From: Psilocybe cubensis
Lineage: Eukaryota
Length of the DNA stretch: 64,000 nt
NCBI GenBank assembly: GCA_017499595.2
Contig: CM039009.1
Location: 1,798,001 to 1,862,000 of the forward strand
Direction of reading: 5' to 3'
Shown: one piece after another, positions 1 to 14,180 of the stretch
How the letters are laid out: each line of letters starts with the position of its first letter
How positions within the stretch are numbered: position 1 is the first letter of the stretch
Translations under genes and position numbers: made by a program
The notes under the pieces: generated by a model
Told to the model about the DNA's origin: nothing
Seen by the model: the letters and a program-made list of their open reading frames with translations, nothing else
Databases searched by the model: none

Positions 1-3000
1 GGGCAAAGCTAAATGGTCGAAGTCGCCAATCATATACAGGTTTAGGGTTGTTGCCCGGTTTCACTGTGTTCGAGGTCACCATTTCAAAGTCAAGCGTAAG
101 GAAATAGCTCAGATTTTCTTCTTCAATTGTGACTTATGTAGTAAACTTGGATTATTTGATTTTCAAATAGGATACCCGACGAAACCATGGGCCTGCAAAA
201 CGTCGAGCACAATAAATGTCCACCTGATAATGTGGTTCTTCAATTCAAAGCATTGCGTCAGGCGTCATAAATACAAATTCAAACGATAAACGCCCAAGTA
301 AAGCGTCTTAAAGCTAAATTAGCCGAACTCGAGGGAATTCTGCACATTATTTTCGAGCAATGCTTGACCGCGACTTGTTTCTAATACATCGTTTCAATGA
401 AATAGAGCGTTTTTTCTTTAATGTTGAATTCCATTTATCTGTAAAACCATATGCTATCTGATATGTAGTTTCTATTCTTTTCAGAATAAATGATGGCTAT
501 TAGTCCTTTAGTACAGGGGTGGACGCCATAACTTGGGACAGTCCTTCGGGTCCAGAGGATATGGTACAACTCTTGAAAACTATAAAATTGCGGTCAACGC
601 TACTCTCTCCTTATTCCAGTATCCCAAGGTCTTCCAGCGCTCTTTCAATCATTACACTCCTTGACACCGTACTTGATCAGCAATATGTTTAAACATTCCT
701 TTTTCACCTTGTCGCTCTATATTCTTCAAATACTGAGTGCTGGAGTCATCCAAGCACTCGGCGCTCCAAATATTCTTCGGGGTAGAACAGCCGAACGTGC
801 AAAAGATATGATATGAACTGGGAAAAGCATAAACACCGTTGCTGACGGTAGATTCTATTTTCAAGTACCGGCCTCCAACAAAGTAGGAGGAGGAGGATAT
901 GACGACGAGTCTTCTGCCTCGCCTCCATGTCATAAATTCTCATGGCGTCCCATCGTCGAACAGAGAGATGACTCAAAAGGAAACGCTGCACTCGAAAGTA
1001 CGCTCAACGATGTAGGAATTATGGATGGAATGTCTCTTATGCCGCGGATGACACGTCAGAAGAACATTGAGTCTAAGCGTAGAAAATATCGTCACCCCGG
1101 CAAGAAAGGCGACGGCTCGGAGCCTGACGACCAAAAACCGGACTTGAAACCTTGGAGGCATAAGGATAAGAAGTATGGAAACGAGAAGCCTGAGGAAAAG
1201 AATGCTGTTCTTTTTGACGTCCAAGTGACCAGAGAACAAGCACATTAAGACTCCCAGGAACCTGCTACCACAACAAAGCAGCCGGCTTCTGGAGGTTGTT
1301 TTATCCAGGATGTGGTAGAAGTAGAAACTGGAGCGGATGGAGGGCGACGGTGGGACGTACATCAACATTAACTGTATTCATTCGCTAGGTATTTCTCGAT
1401 CTAGTGTTTCATTCTTTCTACCCGTAGTCCTTTAGGCTTTGATCTGGTCATCTTTCGTTCGTATGTGGTAAATTACACGCTCGTTTTGTTTTGATATTCA
1501 ATGGTTTCGTCGATTGTATGAATTTCATTAATTATATACTTGGTTTTCACCTTACGGTCTTGTCTTTTTTTGTGAACGAATTCGCCTATGTGCCACACAG
1601 CCGTTGAGCTGCGGAGGAGTGGGATTGAAGGGGGTAAATGGCCAATGGCATCAATAGCTAGATAACTGATCTGTGACGACGGCTTCTTACTTACCTTGGT
1701 CGGGTGGGTATTGAGGTCGTAAATGACAACAGGCTCAAGACGGCATGGAAGGATTGTTGAGCCGCATAGCCCTTCAACTCGTTTTGATGTTATGATATAA
1801 TTTTACTGGGTTATAGGTGCAGAATGGAAGAGAAATAGGTGGGGCAGGCAAAGGGTTGATGCAGGTCCAAGGTATGTCCATTGAGCTATAATTCAATTTG
1901 TGCAATGGCGATTGGATGAACCAGAAGCCCTTTTACGCAGGAAACTTGTTCATTCACTGGTCATATCCCTGGAGATGCGGTATGTTGATTGTACTAGGCT
2001 TGGAAGTGTTCCGATGAATGCACGACTCTGCCCGTCATTATCTGGGTGATGTCACCAAAAGGCGGGGAGGATCCATGCGCGAGCACTGTGTTTTCTGGAG
2101 GAGAAAGACATAAAACATATGAAACGCAGTTGTTGTTAAAGTAGTGGTTGCGGGCGAAATGGCAGGAAAGGGAAGTCGGCGTTGACTGAGTTTCAAAATG
2201 GAAAATGCGCGTTGGGCACAAGTCCTCTCTGATCGGGGCCATCACCGGCTGTGTTTTGTATTTTGTATGTTAGAGAAAGGACGCCCGCTTCTCACCCTGG
2301 ATCCGTGCCGATTCTGCAATAATTGCTCGGAATTGTACTTTTGTGCGTCCTTTTGCTTCAAGACCCTGCTTATGTCTTGAAGCTGACCGACCACCACCGC
2401 AAAGACCGCGTAACGAGCGTTCGTTTTCTCCTTTTCTTTCATCTCAACCAGCGACCCACCTTTCGCCCACCGATTATCACACGTCTTTGTCATTCTGCGC
2501 GGTTGAGTCAGCGGAGGAGGCACAGTCGGCGTCCCCACACGGGCTACAAGGTGAGTTGAACCTTGGTTCACACATTGCGTTCTGCAAGTACTGTATTCAA
2601 GTGCTCCAGGTTTGGTTTCCAGTGCTAATTTTGCTTTAATCCAATCAGTTTATTTTCGACAGAGACAAAGTCCGCGCGGGTGCCCTATCTGCGCCAACCT
2701 CGAGGCGTGCTTGTTCTAAACCAATTCTGAACTGCCATATACATTCCTGATCCCCCATTCCCCCGATTCCCACATTACATTGTGAGCTCCCCGGCTTCGC
2801 TGCACCTGCATTCAGAAAGCAGTTGATTGTTTCATTTGCGTCATTCGGCTTGCTTTGGCCTTTTGACTGCTTTCGTCTTGAACGTCGAAACAAACAACAA
2901 TCGCTCAAACGAGCCCACGACCCCCTTCAACATAACCTGTACATGGAGGTCTCAGCGATACAGCCTGTGGTGTCGCCTGTGCCTAGCGCTCATAACGGAC

Positions 3001-5613
3001 GCTCTCAGAACAAGGTCAGTCACTTTTTCCCAACCGTTATTTGCACATGCACCGATCGTTGCGTTCAACTTTGTCTTTGTACTTACTCTTTATAACTGCT
3101 ATGTTGCTTGTGTAGACCCGTGGCTGCAGCACACATACGAACAAGCTTTCCTTTTCCCAAACGATCTCGTCACTCAAGGGCATCATTCGGATACCGAACC
3201 GCAGGAAGCTTTCCACACCCCGCATTCACTTCCACTCTCAGTCGCAAGATGATGCGGACAGCACCAAGTCCACCTCCAACCCCCATTTCACCTCCAGACC
3301 GCGGCCCACGCACGGCCTCTCGCACTCGCTCGACACGCAGGCCCATCTGCACTCGCGCATGCGGAGCACGGGTACTGCTGCGTCCAACGGGAGTGGAAAT
3401 ATCGACGGCATTATCTCTGATACTGAAGACTACGATAAACAACAAAGGCGGAGGAGCAACATCAAGAATGACCCGTATGCGCAGTTCTCGCGCACGGCAG
3501 AGGGCCTGAACTATACTTACAAGCCATATATGTCCCAGCCGATGCTTGGCGCTGAGCTCTCCCGGGGCACTGGTGGGGATGAGTTGGTCACTGGTTATGA
3601 TTCAGAGTCTGGCTCTGCTTCTGGGTCGGGATATGGAGGGGGTGGTCGTTCGCCTGTTGGGACAGGTGAGGGTGGAGGGAGGACTCCCTTAGGGTTTTCG
3701 GCAACGTCACCACTAGCGCTGCCATCCCCATCGCCCTCTCCGACTCCAGTCTTATTGTCATCTCCTCCTGCTATACACCCGGCGACGGAGGTAGCCTTTT
3801 GTTTGGGTGGAAAAGTGGAAGATACGTTAATCCAAGTGCAGCACGGCGATCAGGGAGATGAGGGGGAGAAGGAGGGGGATATTAATGATCTCTATGATGG
3901 CAAAGCTGGAGGTTCTCTTAACAACGCCGCACCTAGCGACACGAACACGGACACGAACACAAACACGAACATTGGTACTACTGCTAATACTGCACAATCT
4001 ACGACTCTAGCTCAAATTTCATCGTCTACATTTACACCTACGTCAACTATTCAAACTAATTCACATGCCCGCTCCAACTCACCCTTGCCATTATTACCTC
4101 TACCTGATGGACCCTCTTCGTTGACATCTGCGTCTACATCCGGGGCAGCATTGCGCCCGCGTAGCAGCAACGGCAGCGGTAGAACACCTGCACCCAGACG
4201 TGCGTTACCGCCTCCGCCACCTGAATCACCAATATCTGCATCTTCTTCTGCGTCAGCCGCCCTCTTTGTTGATCATTTTAACAGGAATTCCACAACGTTA
4301 AACAAAAGCCACCTTTCCATTCAATGCCCATCTCGATTACGTCCCCAGTCAGGCCGCCTACCTACAACACGCCCATGATCTCTTATTACTTCGTATATAC
4401 CGATCCTTCCTTGCACTTCCGACGGATTGTTCAGCCAGAGTCCAGAAATCATGTAATTCGGCCTATCAGCTTTCTTCTCTAGGCAACATACAAAACTGGC
4501 CACCCAACACCGTCTTCTTCGACTTGCGATAATCCTTACCCCCGTGCCGACTATCTGGCACTAATGAAGCACACCATCTCAGAGCGAAAGCTTGAAGGAA
4601 AAAACTTGATGCAGCAGTATCGAGGTGCTTGTCGAGACAGCTATGAACTTTGTTGGGAAAGATGACGCACAGATCTCGAAGATCACTCCAGCCAATGTGC
4701 GTCAACATTCTTCATCTTCAATGGAAGCCAGCTGGATGCAAACATGATGGGTGTTATACAATACCAGTGTTAATTTGGGATGTCACTAGTACCCGACGTT
4801 GTGAGGAAATGCCTGAGTCCCAGAGAAATGCTCGACTCCACCTCATGGGCGGCATCTTGTGCGTGTTCCTCCTTTTATTACCCATCCACTGACAATGCCA
4901 TAATAGTAAACCAGGAAAACCTGAAGAATGAGAGCAAATTGATTGTGCGTGAGATCATTGTCGAGCGCCCCCTTCGGTGAGTTTCCTTTTTTTCTCAACA
5001 AAAAACCCCTCCGACACAGCCAATGAATTTTTAGTGTATTTGTTCTCACTCCTCATTCCCGATATCCATCCAGTTGTGATTGTAATGATCTCGACATAAT
5101 CCTCCACCTCTCCGTCTGCCATCCACACCATTAAACATTTCAATTACTCTTTCAACTTCCTCAGGCGTCGAGATGATTCCCCTCCGTTGGAACCAAACTT
5201 GTGAAACAATGGAGAAATTTGCCTGCGGGCATTACGCGTCGGGTGACACAACAAAAAGAAGTACGCGCGAGTTGGGCGGATTCCAATGGCGACACATCGA
5301 TGATTCGCTTGTGTTCAAGGGTGTGCTGTTCAACAAAGGACATCCACCTGCATATGCAGCGTAAACTCAGCTTTCAAATCCCGCCATTGTACATTACCGA
5401 CTGCTCAACGACCGCTATACGGCGCATGCACTCATTCCAATCTAGGGCAATGGCGGGATTAGTGCCAAGGCCAAGGCGGGACCCCCACGTGTGATTGTGG
5501 TGACGTGACTACCCGTTCCAACGCGTCAGCACCCTTGTCGCCACCTGTCTCTCACCCTCATCGAGTGCTCTCTGTTGCCGCTTTTTCGACGCCATCCACC
5601 AGCCACATTCCCA

Positions 5614-5713
5614 NNNNNNNNNNNNNNNNNNNNNNNNNNNNNNNNNNNNNNNNNNNNNNNNNNNNNNNNNNNNNNNNNNNNNNNNNNNNNNNNNNNNNNN
5701 NNNNNNNNNNNNN
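5614..5713. other. Assembly gap (100 N)
   Basis: Run of N in the sequence. Confidence 0.99.
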
Positions 5714-6285
5714 TCGCAAGGAGTGACAACTCGGAGGATAGATATGCAAGTATTGGGAAAAGGTATCATATTGGGTTCTGGGTGCGTCACTACTCTTCTT
5801 TTTGAATGTCCCCACCCTTTCTTGCAATGGCAGCCTAGAAATACTCATGCCTGGGCATACACTGGGCTGTTCATGCTTCCCTTTTGATTTCTTTGAGGCT
5901 GTATGGTAATGTGGGTCCTAATTCAATCCAATACCGAAAGATACACAAGGATAACAAATAAAAAAAATGAAATACTCAGAAACTACAAGCAAATCAAACA
6001 ACCACATGGAAGACAGAAAAGACGATACAAGCAAACAGGAAATAAAGAGAGGAAATGGATAAGAGCTACATCAGCTCCCAATCGGCTCCCTTCTCATGAA
6101 ACCGTTGGTACAAGCGTGCAGGGCTTCGTGTTGTGCATTGCTGCCCCCCTCTCTCCTGCTCCTCCTCCTTGATCGCTTCTTGTCCCCCATTTAACGTGGT
6201 GCTATCATCGTCATCCAAGATCCGTCATATTCATCCCTCCTCAACCGACGCATGGTGCCGGAGAAATGATGACGAGGCGATATGC

Positions 6286-6935
6286 TTAGTAGAGGCGGAC
6301 GGGCTTGCCCATGATGGTCTTGATGTGAAGGGACTTGACGTTCTGCCAGTTCTTCTTGAGCAGCGAAACGAGGAAGTTGATGCCTGAGGCAGAAAGAATG
6401 ACGATTAAAGGAGTTTCAATTGAAAAAGTTCAGGGCGACTCACTCAGCATGACGTTTCCGAGGACCTTGTCGTCATTCACCTGGACGTGGCCAACAGCAA
6501 CACCCAAGCAAAGAACCTTCTTGAGCTGGAACTTGATGGTGGAGCGAACCTCAGTGGGCTTGTTGGTGAGATCCTCAGCGTGGGAGACAGGTGGGGAACT
6601 TTCCAGCTTTAATGGATATGTCAGCAACTGTGGACGTATGAACAGATTGGAGCGAGACTGACCCTTGGAGAGACCAGACGGGGGATCTGGTTGATGAGGG
6701 CTTCGGAAGCAAGGAAAGCATCGTCCTTCTTGGCGAGCTTCTGGTTCTTGTTCACTTTCAAAAAACGCAATCTGTCAATATGGCTAATTCGCCCTGCGAT
6801 AATTTTCAGTACTCACTTCTTCAAGTCATCGACGCACATGTATTCGAGCTCAATCTGCTTAGCACGATTGATGTCGGCGGCATCAGCGAGAATGCAATTT
6901 CCAGGAATATGGTGTGTGGCTGTGGGGTACTTGAT
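6286..6935 (-). pseudogene. RPL1: 60S ribosomal protein uL1 (L10a) pseudogene, 5'-truncated, introns retained
   Basis: Exons read CILADAADINRAKQIELEY, DAFLASEALINQIP, PVSHAEDLTNKPTEVRSTIKFQLKKVLCLGVAVGHV and [31 protein letters not shown]. Small deletions disrupt the KLVKK and LLGPGL segments, and the N-terminus is absent. Confidence 0.9.
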
Positions 6936-7107
6936 AGCTGATTGAGAAAGGCGATCAGGAGTTCGTCGGTTATGGTCCAATTACAAAGCCGATCAGTGGC
7001 AGGCTAAAAATTCTTTAAATTCATTTATGCTCAGAATTCCACAAGTATTTCGCTGTACACATGTAAAACGTAGATAATGTTTCTGTAGTAGTTGTGTGTA
7101 ACCTGCT

Positions 7108-8069
7108 TTAATATTCCAAACCAACGAAACTGAAGATTTCCTTCAACGCTGGTATTTCCGTCTCTCTAGGTAACCCTTTTTTCCCGCACGTCGCACATGA
7201 GTATATTATATGAAAAACTCCAAGCCTGGATTTTTTTCTGAGATTAAACACGCAGGATTTGCAGCATAGATGGCCGCATCCAGGAAATCTTAGGTTATAT
7301 TAGTATCAAATTGTTAAGCAATTAAAACTTCGAGACGCACAGTATCACCGAATCCTTTCCCATCAATTGATAGCACTTTGGGCACGATGATTTCTGAATA
7401 ATGAGTGTTTCTAACTGCTTCCGGCGTCAGAACAATCAGGGGGTTGATATTGCGAAGATGGTACATACATCCTGCAGTCTCTCTTCTGCTGTGTTCCGAC
7501 CAGTTGAATCCTGACCTGAATTTATAAATATGTCCAAACTTTCGCTATATAGCTCTCACTGGTTTTGTCTCGGAAATAAGGATATCTAATGTCTTTACAA
7601 GCACCTCAAGCTTATCAATTTCCTATGCAACTGTAAGTGTGAAAACTGCGTGACCATTTAATAACCATTGCGTACCTGCTGGCTTTCGGTGAACTGCTGG
7701 TACTTCTATCCCACACGTCATAGCTTAGGACATGTTCTAAATAGCAGAGATGTTATAATAGATACCTGTTGAGCGTCTGCCTGAAACTCGTGTAATAGCC
7801 ATGTAGCTTCTTCTCTCTCTTCCTCCAGCTCAACAAGACACTACAACGGCAAGGTAAGGTCGATTGACCGGCGAAATGATGGAAACTCACAATTTCTGAG
7901 CCCTGTATCTTAGACATCTGGTGCGCTGCCTTATATCTTTGAAAGGATTCCGATGCACCCAACGCAACCTCCAATTCGTTCATCTCCATTTCAAAATCCT
8001 GCTGAGTTTCTGGTACATTCTGCATAAAGGTTAGTGTGTCATTAATTGATGGCAGATTCAAGAGACATT
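7108..8069 (-). CDS. Coiled-coil + RING-HC finger protein (multi-exon, start approximate)
   Basis: Spliced C-terminus CPKC...CGHLCCKSC...CATC, stop at 7108-7110; upstream exons are helical and E/Q-rich. Confidence 0.65.
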
Positions 8070-8761
8070 TGGCTTATTGGTGTTAGGTAGAAGCATAGAG
8101 AGTATCCCTCGTGCCCTTGAACCGGATTTGAACTTTGCCAGAGACATAACTGAAGGAGCAGTGGTGTATATAATGAGCTATAATCAATGGTATAAAGTTT
8201 CTTTATATAGTTTTGTCTCCAGTGTCCACCAGAAAGTGACATTTCCAGATCATGTTCGCACTCTGTATTGTGACCGTGTGTAGATATCCTCGAATGTTGT
8301 TGAACAAGCGCAATGCGACTCGCCAGGAACTGAACATGGTTGCGAACATGCCATATATCCAATGCAACAACAACAACCCTTGTTCTATAAAGGTCAATAC
8401 AACATACAGGGATGCCAGGGTTGCTGATATAGTGGTCACTTCGCAACAGATTGAAGATTCCGTCAGGCCGATCACTTGCATCGGACAGTCTTGGTAGACT
8501 ATTATTTCCTTGAAATAAAGTCAATGCAATTAATATGGAAACAACTTTCGCGTATACTGCACAAATGGTCACAACGACAGTGTGAGATCTCGTTTATGTA
8601 AAGTAAGCGATCATTTGCGACTCGATTATTACAGACGGAGTACTGGTACTGTGTGTCGGTGACCATAGGAACTATACTTTCCCTAAATTTGAGCGGGAAA
8701 GCATAAAGCATAAATATTAGTTCAACAACCCCAAGATCGACGAGTTACAATCAGGTTCCCC

Positions 8762-9961
8762 ATGTCTCACTTTTCCTACTTGAATACACTTTACCACTAC
8801 TTTCTGCACTTCAGACATCAATTCCTTGCGTACTCGAATTTGGAAGATGTCGCCAATGCACCGTTGGTAGTCCAGACACGATTTTCAGATTCAGCATGGC
8901 TTAAGCAGGTTATCTTGGTTGGAGAAGTCGCACCCGCTAGATCGGGAACAGCACTCGGAGACATAGGGAATGTAATCCACCTTGCTGCAAGTCATATTAT
9001 TAACTTGCAAATTGCTAAATTGACGTAGTGATTATTTATAGAACGGGACCCAACTCCGTACCGTGCAAGATGGAACATCTGTTCAGATTATTATCTCCCT
9101 TCGCAGGCCGTCCAATAACATTGCAGAAACAAATTTTATATGGGACGCGCAACTTACGCGCTTTCAGAATTTGGAGAATCTGATCAACCGGATATACATA
9201 CCGTTTACGGTAAATGAAGCACTCTCTCTGGACCTGGTTGCGCGGCACAGAGCTAACTTGAACTAGAGATTCGGTGCCTCAAGAATTGTTTCCTTTGTGA
9301 GCAAGGTGGATGAAGAGGATATCGTGAATATCAAATTCGAAAAGTTTAGAGTATGGTATTTTTTCATCTCTCCAAACAATGTACTGTTCACAAGTGAGCC
9401 ATTCCCTTCGTAAGGAAAGGAGAGACGACGATGAAGTCGTTTATTGGCGTGATGTCGGACAGGGTGCGCATTTGAGTGCCTATAACGAACAACTAGGTTA
9501 CCCACACTGACTATTTGGATATTTAGTTCGTAGCGGGGTCGTGTATTCTCACAGAGTTATGGACCACGAGCTATCGCCTTTTTTTGACTTGGAACACGAT
9601 GTTCTTGTTCAACCTGAGGTATATGACGATTTGGGTCATCTCGTCCCGCCGTGGCTTCTTCAAAACGAGTTGCGACCAGGATCAATTGTTATGGTTGAAG
9701 CCGTTTTGATTCCCAGAGACGACTTTAGTTCACCCACGGATGCATCACGGGTGCGTTTGTCATCTTTAAACCTAACATCGTTTAAGAAGGTATCAATACT
9801 GATCCGTTTAGAGCTTCGAAGCTTGGGGTAGACGCGTGCAGGTACTCAGAAGGGGCCAAAGCAAATCTGAGCAAAATATTTTACCAAAAATCTCGAATCA
9901 CTGGCTGATGTCTCCCGGCTCGGGGAGGCCGGCAAAGAGGCATCGGAATGAGTCTGTATGA
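8762..9961 (+). CDS. Uncharacterised multi-exon protein, paralogue of 56649-57902
   Basis: Blocks shared with the distal copy: ILVGEVAPARSGTALGDIG, IWDAQL, VLVQPEVYDDLGHLVPPWLLQNELRPG, FEAWGRRVQVLRRG. Start approximate. Confidence 0.7.
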
Positions 9962-12752
9962 GTTACCATAGCCGTACAACATGATATCGCCTTGCTGTAA
10001 GTAAGGCTCTCCCAGCCCATAATTATGTAAGAATGTTGAACCAAAGTTTGACTGTATTTTTGCAAGGGCATTATTACTAATATCTCATGTGTAATAGCAA
10101 TATTAAGTACCGTATAACGAGGAATTAGTGCCAGCCCCAGCCTCAACGGGATGAAGTTTGGGCTCAATCTAACCCAATGTCAAATAAAGATAGTTAAACT
10201 TGCACTGTACTGATTTATCCTCTAGAAAACCTTCTACTGGTTTTCTCAAAATGGTCTGTTTTATCTCCATATTACATCTACTAGTAGTATATCTACTACA
10301 AATTGAGAAATATACGTGCCCATTCCATCCATTATTGGGTACTGCAATTCGATATCGTGCCCTCATTGACAATCGACAGTGTAGTAGGACAGCAAGGCGC
10401 TTGCCGACGGAGACGGCCACTAGTGAGAAATATATATCGGTATCATGATACTGTTGACGGATTTTCATTACGATATGTATTACACATCAAAATTCATAAG
10501 TATCATGATGATTTCTCGCCTCGGATTATTGTGAATTACTTTGCAAACCGCTAGATCATGAGAATATGAGATATATATTATACATTACTTGCTTTGTAGA
10601 ACAGAGGCCTACGGCTTCTTAACTTCATACACACCGTCCAGGAAGTGACGTGTAATTTACCTTGTTATCTACGTCGATACAGAACTCAGAAGTAAATTAC
10701 CTGTGTAGTAGGAACCACAACTGCAGCCTTCCACAGCATTGTCCAAAAGACAACCTGTTTTACCCATGACGCACACTAAAACATCCAGAATAACCATATA
10801 TCTGGATTGCGGAATCTTCAAGAAACATTGTGCTAAGAAGGTCACCCCGCTGTTTGCCTGACGCCAGCCACGCGGCAGAGTGTGTGTTGTGGTGGGTACG
10901 CACAGCATGACAGGATTGCACGCGGGGCACTGCGTGTTCAGGTGGATTGGGCTTGGGGGTGCCCTGTGGCGTTCGTGGATATGGAAAGCTGGGATGGCAG
11001 GGAAGAGAGCACGACATGCAGCTGAGTGCGTGTCGTGATGAACAGTGGCGGCGGATGGCACAATACGAAGTGCTTTGTGTATTGTTATGGGCGACGGAAG
11101 AAGCAGCGGGGGGAGCAGAGGGTGGACTGAGAGTGGAGGAAACGACACGCGGTCGCGAAGGGGTGGACCGCAATGTGCATGTCATCGTGGGCAGAGAAGA
11201 TGGAAGTGGAGTCGCGGAATGCGTATTGTGGTGGCGGGTGTGTGTGGATACGTTGTGTCGTGTTGTAGCGAGAGGAGCAAGCAACGTGTGTAATGTGAAA
11301 GCGGAGGTGGCGTGGAAGCGCTGCGTGTCACATTGGGGGAGCGGCAGGGACGAGGTGAGTTGCCTGGGAGCGATATGCGGGAGGCGGCGGTGTATAGAGC
11401 ACAAAACCGTGACGCAGTGCCGTGCGTGTTGTGTGAAGCGGAGAGTGTGGCGGGGTTGGGGGGCATGCAGTAAGACGCAGCATGTTGCTGTAGCAGAGAG
11501 TGGAGACATGTGCAGGCGCTCTGTGTCGTTATGGGCAAGGAGTTGAGGAGACGGGGTACAGAACAGAATACACACCGCCGTGCCTATCGCGGTGGGCGGA
11601 GAGGGCATAAGCAGCACAGAAGGATAGGGAACACAATGCGCCCCGAAGTGAGTGTCATGCATGTCGTGGTGGATGGAAAGAGCGGCGGAGTTAGCAGTTA
11701 TCGTTTAAGGAGGGGAATTGGGAGACGAGAGTGATGCTGTGGTCGGTAAATTACAGCGGTGGCAAGGTCGATGTCGACGACGAGGATTTCAAAGACAAGA
11801 CCGATACTAGATTGAAAAATACCATGCCACAATTCCATACCTGTATCAATCGGCGCCTGTCTGCAGAAATGAAGAAGGAACGTGGAATACTTACCACTGG
11901 CAAATTTGGTTCCATGTGAATGACAACATTGAGTGGCCAGCATAAATCAGCGATGATATGGGTGCTATATGCATCATTAATAACAATCATCGATGTACTA
12001 TTGACCATGATAACGGTTAAAACGGTCTCATCATGAAGCTGCCCAGCACTAAGATAGTTCTCGAGCCACGAGTCAAAATTATAGGTCATAAGAGACAATC
12101 AAATGGAAACGAACTGTTGTCTTCGCCACTTCCGTAACCGTGATACGATAGACCGTTGATGGTGTTGTTGGCTTCCTCCCACCGTTTGCCTGGGAAATAC
12201 TAACAAAGGGACAGTTTCAAAAGGGGAAGAGTACCTGATCTGACTTCCGCCAGCGGCCAGTGGTACTTCATTGCTCACCTTTCGACTGTTATTTGGAAAG
12301 CTGAGAATGCGGCGGGGGGCAAAAGGCCACAACGAACAGGAATACTGCTACTCGTTGTCAAATTGAAGGAGTGGTGGTGGGAGATGGGCGTGACAAGCAT
12401 TGACTGCTTGACGTCGTTGAGGGAGCGGCGGGAAGGGACGGGCGACAACGGGTAGAGCCAAATGGCTGCTTGTTGTCTCTATTGTCAGAGAGGGTCGGAG
12501 GCGACGTGAAGACAAACAGGGTGGGTGGTGGCAAGTACGAGACCAGCGGCTTAGATGATGAGACGGTGCTACCTCCATTAAAGGTCACGAGCTCACTCGG
12601 GCAGCGGGAACCGGCCTGGATGCCGGTCCTCAAACGACGAAAAACGCGCGGTATATTTGCGGTATATTGATGAAGAAAAGAAAAGATTAAGTTCTTTCGA
12701 AGAACTCTCTAACATTTTGTTGAAACTAGTATGCTATTAAACCAAAATCTAG

Positions 12753-13207
12753 CTAAGGAAATGAAACTATGATTGTCATAATGTCCCAATCTGTAGTCGC
12801 AGATGGAAGTGCGAGTTCAATCTCTCTCTCGATTTGATGCCTCGCATCTTCTCGCTCCTGGTCACCGAGGATTCTCGAACTCCAACAATGTGCATGGATA
12901 ACCACTCCCTCTAGGTCTGGAAACATGTCTAAATTTAGAAAACTGTCCAAAACTGTCCACGGTCCCAGGTCGGACTGTATGTGTGCCCTGGAAAGATTAA
13001 CTTGGTCCAACTCAATAGTCAGATGCCGTAGATTGTCTGGCCACGCTTCCAAAATCGAGGTTATGTGTGCAATGTAGCGCCCTATCGGTACGGCTCTCGT
13101 GGTTGGATGCATATGGTCTCGATGTCCGTAGTGTAAAGTCAAATCAGTGAGATAAACATGATTTGGAAAGTTAAATGCTAGGCGCGCGGGAAAATGTCGA
13201 TTAAGAT
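12753..13207 (-). CDS. Exon 2 of the F-box/LRR-like gene split by the 12.2 kb insertion
   Basis: Similar to the C-terminal exon of 27144-28502 (LTLHYG, ILEAWPDNLRHLTI, WTVLDSFLNLDMFPDLEGV, IEREIELALP). Acceptor gacctgatAG ends at 13208, phase 1. Confidence 0.8.
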
Positions 13208-13591
13208 CTATCAGGTCAAACACCCTGTTCTTCCTCGGCTGGACGTTTTGTGCCCTCAGCCCCTCTGCGCTGGTCTGATACCTACCCCATGATTTCAAAT
13301 CCTCGCTGCATGGATGCCTGTCATACCATACGAGCGCAATTTGGCACCACTAGGACGAACTTCGGAGTCCAAAAGCGGGCGTGTGGTTTTCGTTGTTGCC
13401 GCAGGGGTTGTCGATCAATATTCGCTCATGAACATCAGACTATCAGCTGTCCATTTGACGTCCAGACTCACAAATAACCTCATCCTCTGGATTCTGCCAT
13501 TCCGATTGTGTCGGTGTCAGCATTCAGTGAAGGAAACCTCATCAGGCCCGTCTTGCTACCAATGCAACCATCCTTCTTTCAACATTACACA

Positions 13592-14180
13592 ACGGGGTAT
13601 CGTGCCCTCCGGGGACTTTTCGACGGGGTATCGTGCCCTTAGGGGACATTTCGACGGGGTATCGTGCCCTCCGGGGACATTTCGACGGGGTATCGTGCCC
13701 TTAGGGGACATCTCGACGGGGTATCGTGCCCTCCGGGGACATTTCGACGGGGTATCGTGCCCTCTGGGGACATTTCGACGGGGTATCGTGCCCTCCGGGG
13801 ACATTTCGACGGGGTATCGTGCCCTTAGGGGACATCTCGACGGGGTATCGTGCCCTCCGGGGACATTTCGACGGGGTATCGTGCCCTCTGGGGACATTTC
13901 GACGGGGTATCGTGCCCTTAGGGGACATTTCGACGGGGTATCGTGCCCTCCGGGGACATTTCGACGGGGTATCGTGCCCTCCGGGGACATTTCGACGGGG
14001 TATCGTGCCCTTAGGGGACTTTTCGACGGGGTATCGTGCCCTTCGGGGACATTTCGACGGGGTATCGTGCCCTTAGGGGACATTTCGACGGGGTATTGTG
14101 CCCTCCGGGGACTTTTCGACGGGGTATCGTGCCCTTAGGGGACATTTCGACGGGGTATCGTGCCCTCCGGGGACTTCACG
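13592..14180. repeat. Tandem array of a 31-bp unit, ~19 copies (CGACGGGGTATCGTGCCCTYMGGGGACATTT), with degenerate copies to ~14290
   Basis: Units start at 13621, 13652 and so on; head-to-tail with no spacers. Confidence 0.97.

Noticed and set aside
3359-4378. 339 aa ORF as a defined gene
   Set aside because: Ser/Pro/Thr/Gly low complexity; may be a gene fragment but no product can be supported.
10669-11734. Long overlapping ORFs on both strands
   Set aside because: GT/GC-biased low-complexity sequence with no recognisable domain.
13380-13550. Hammerhead ribozyme on the minus strand (CTGATGAG)
   Set aside because: Stem II/GAAA/stem III could not be assembled convincingly; kept only as a generic structured-leader note.
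13592-14180. 31-bp repeats as a CRISPR array
   Set aside because: Units are contiguous with no unique spacers, there are no cas genes, and the context is eukaryotic.
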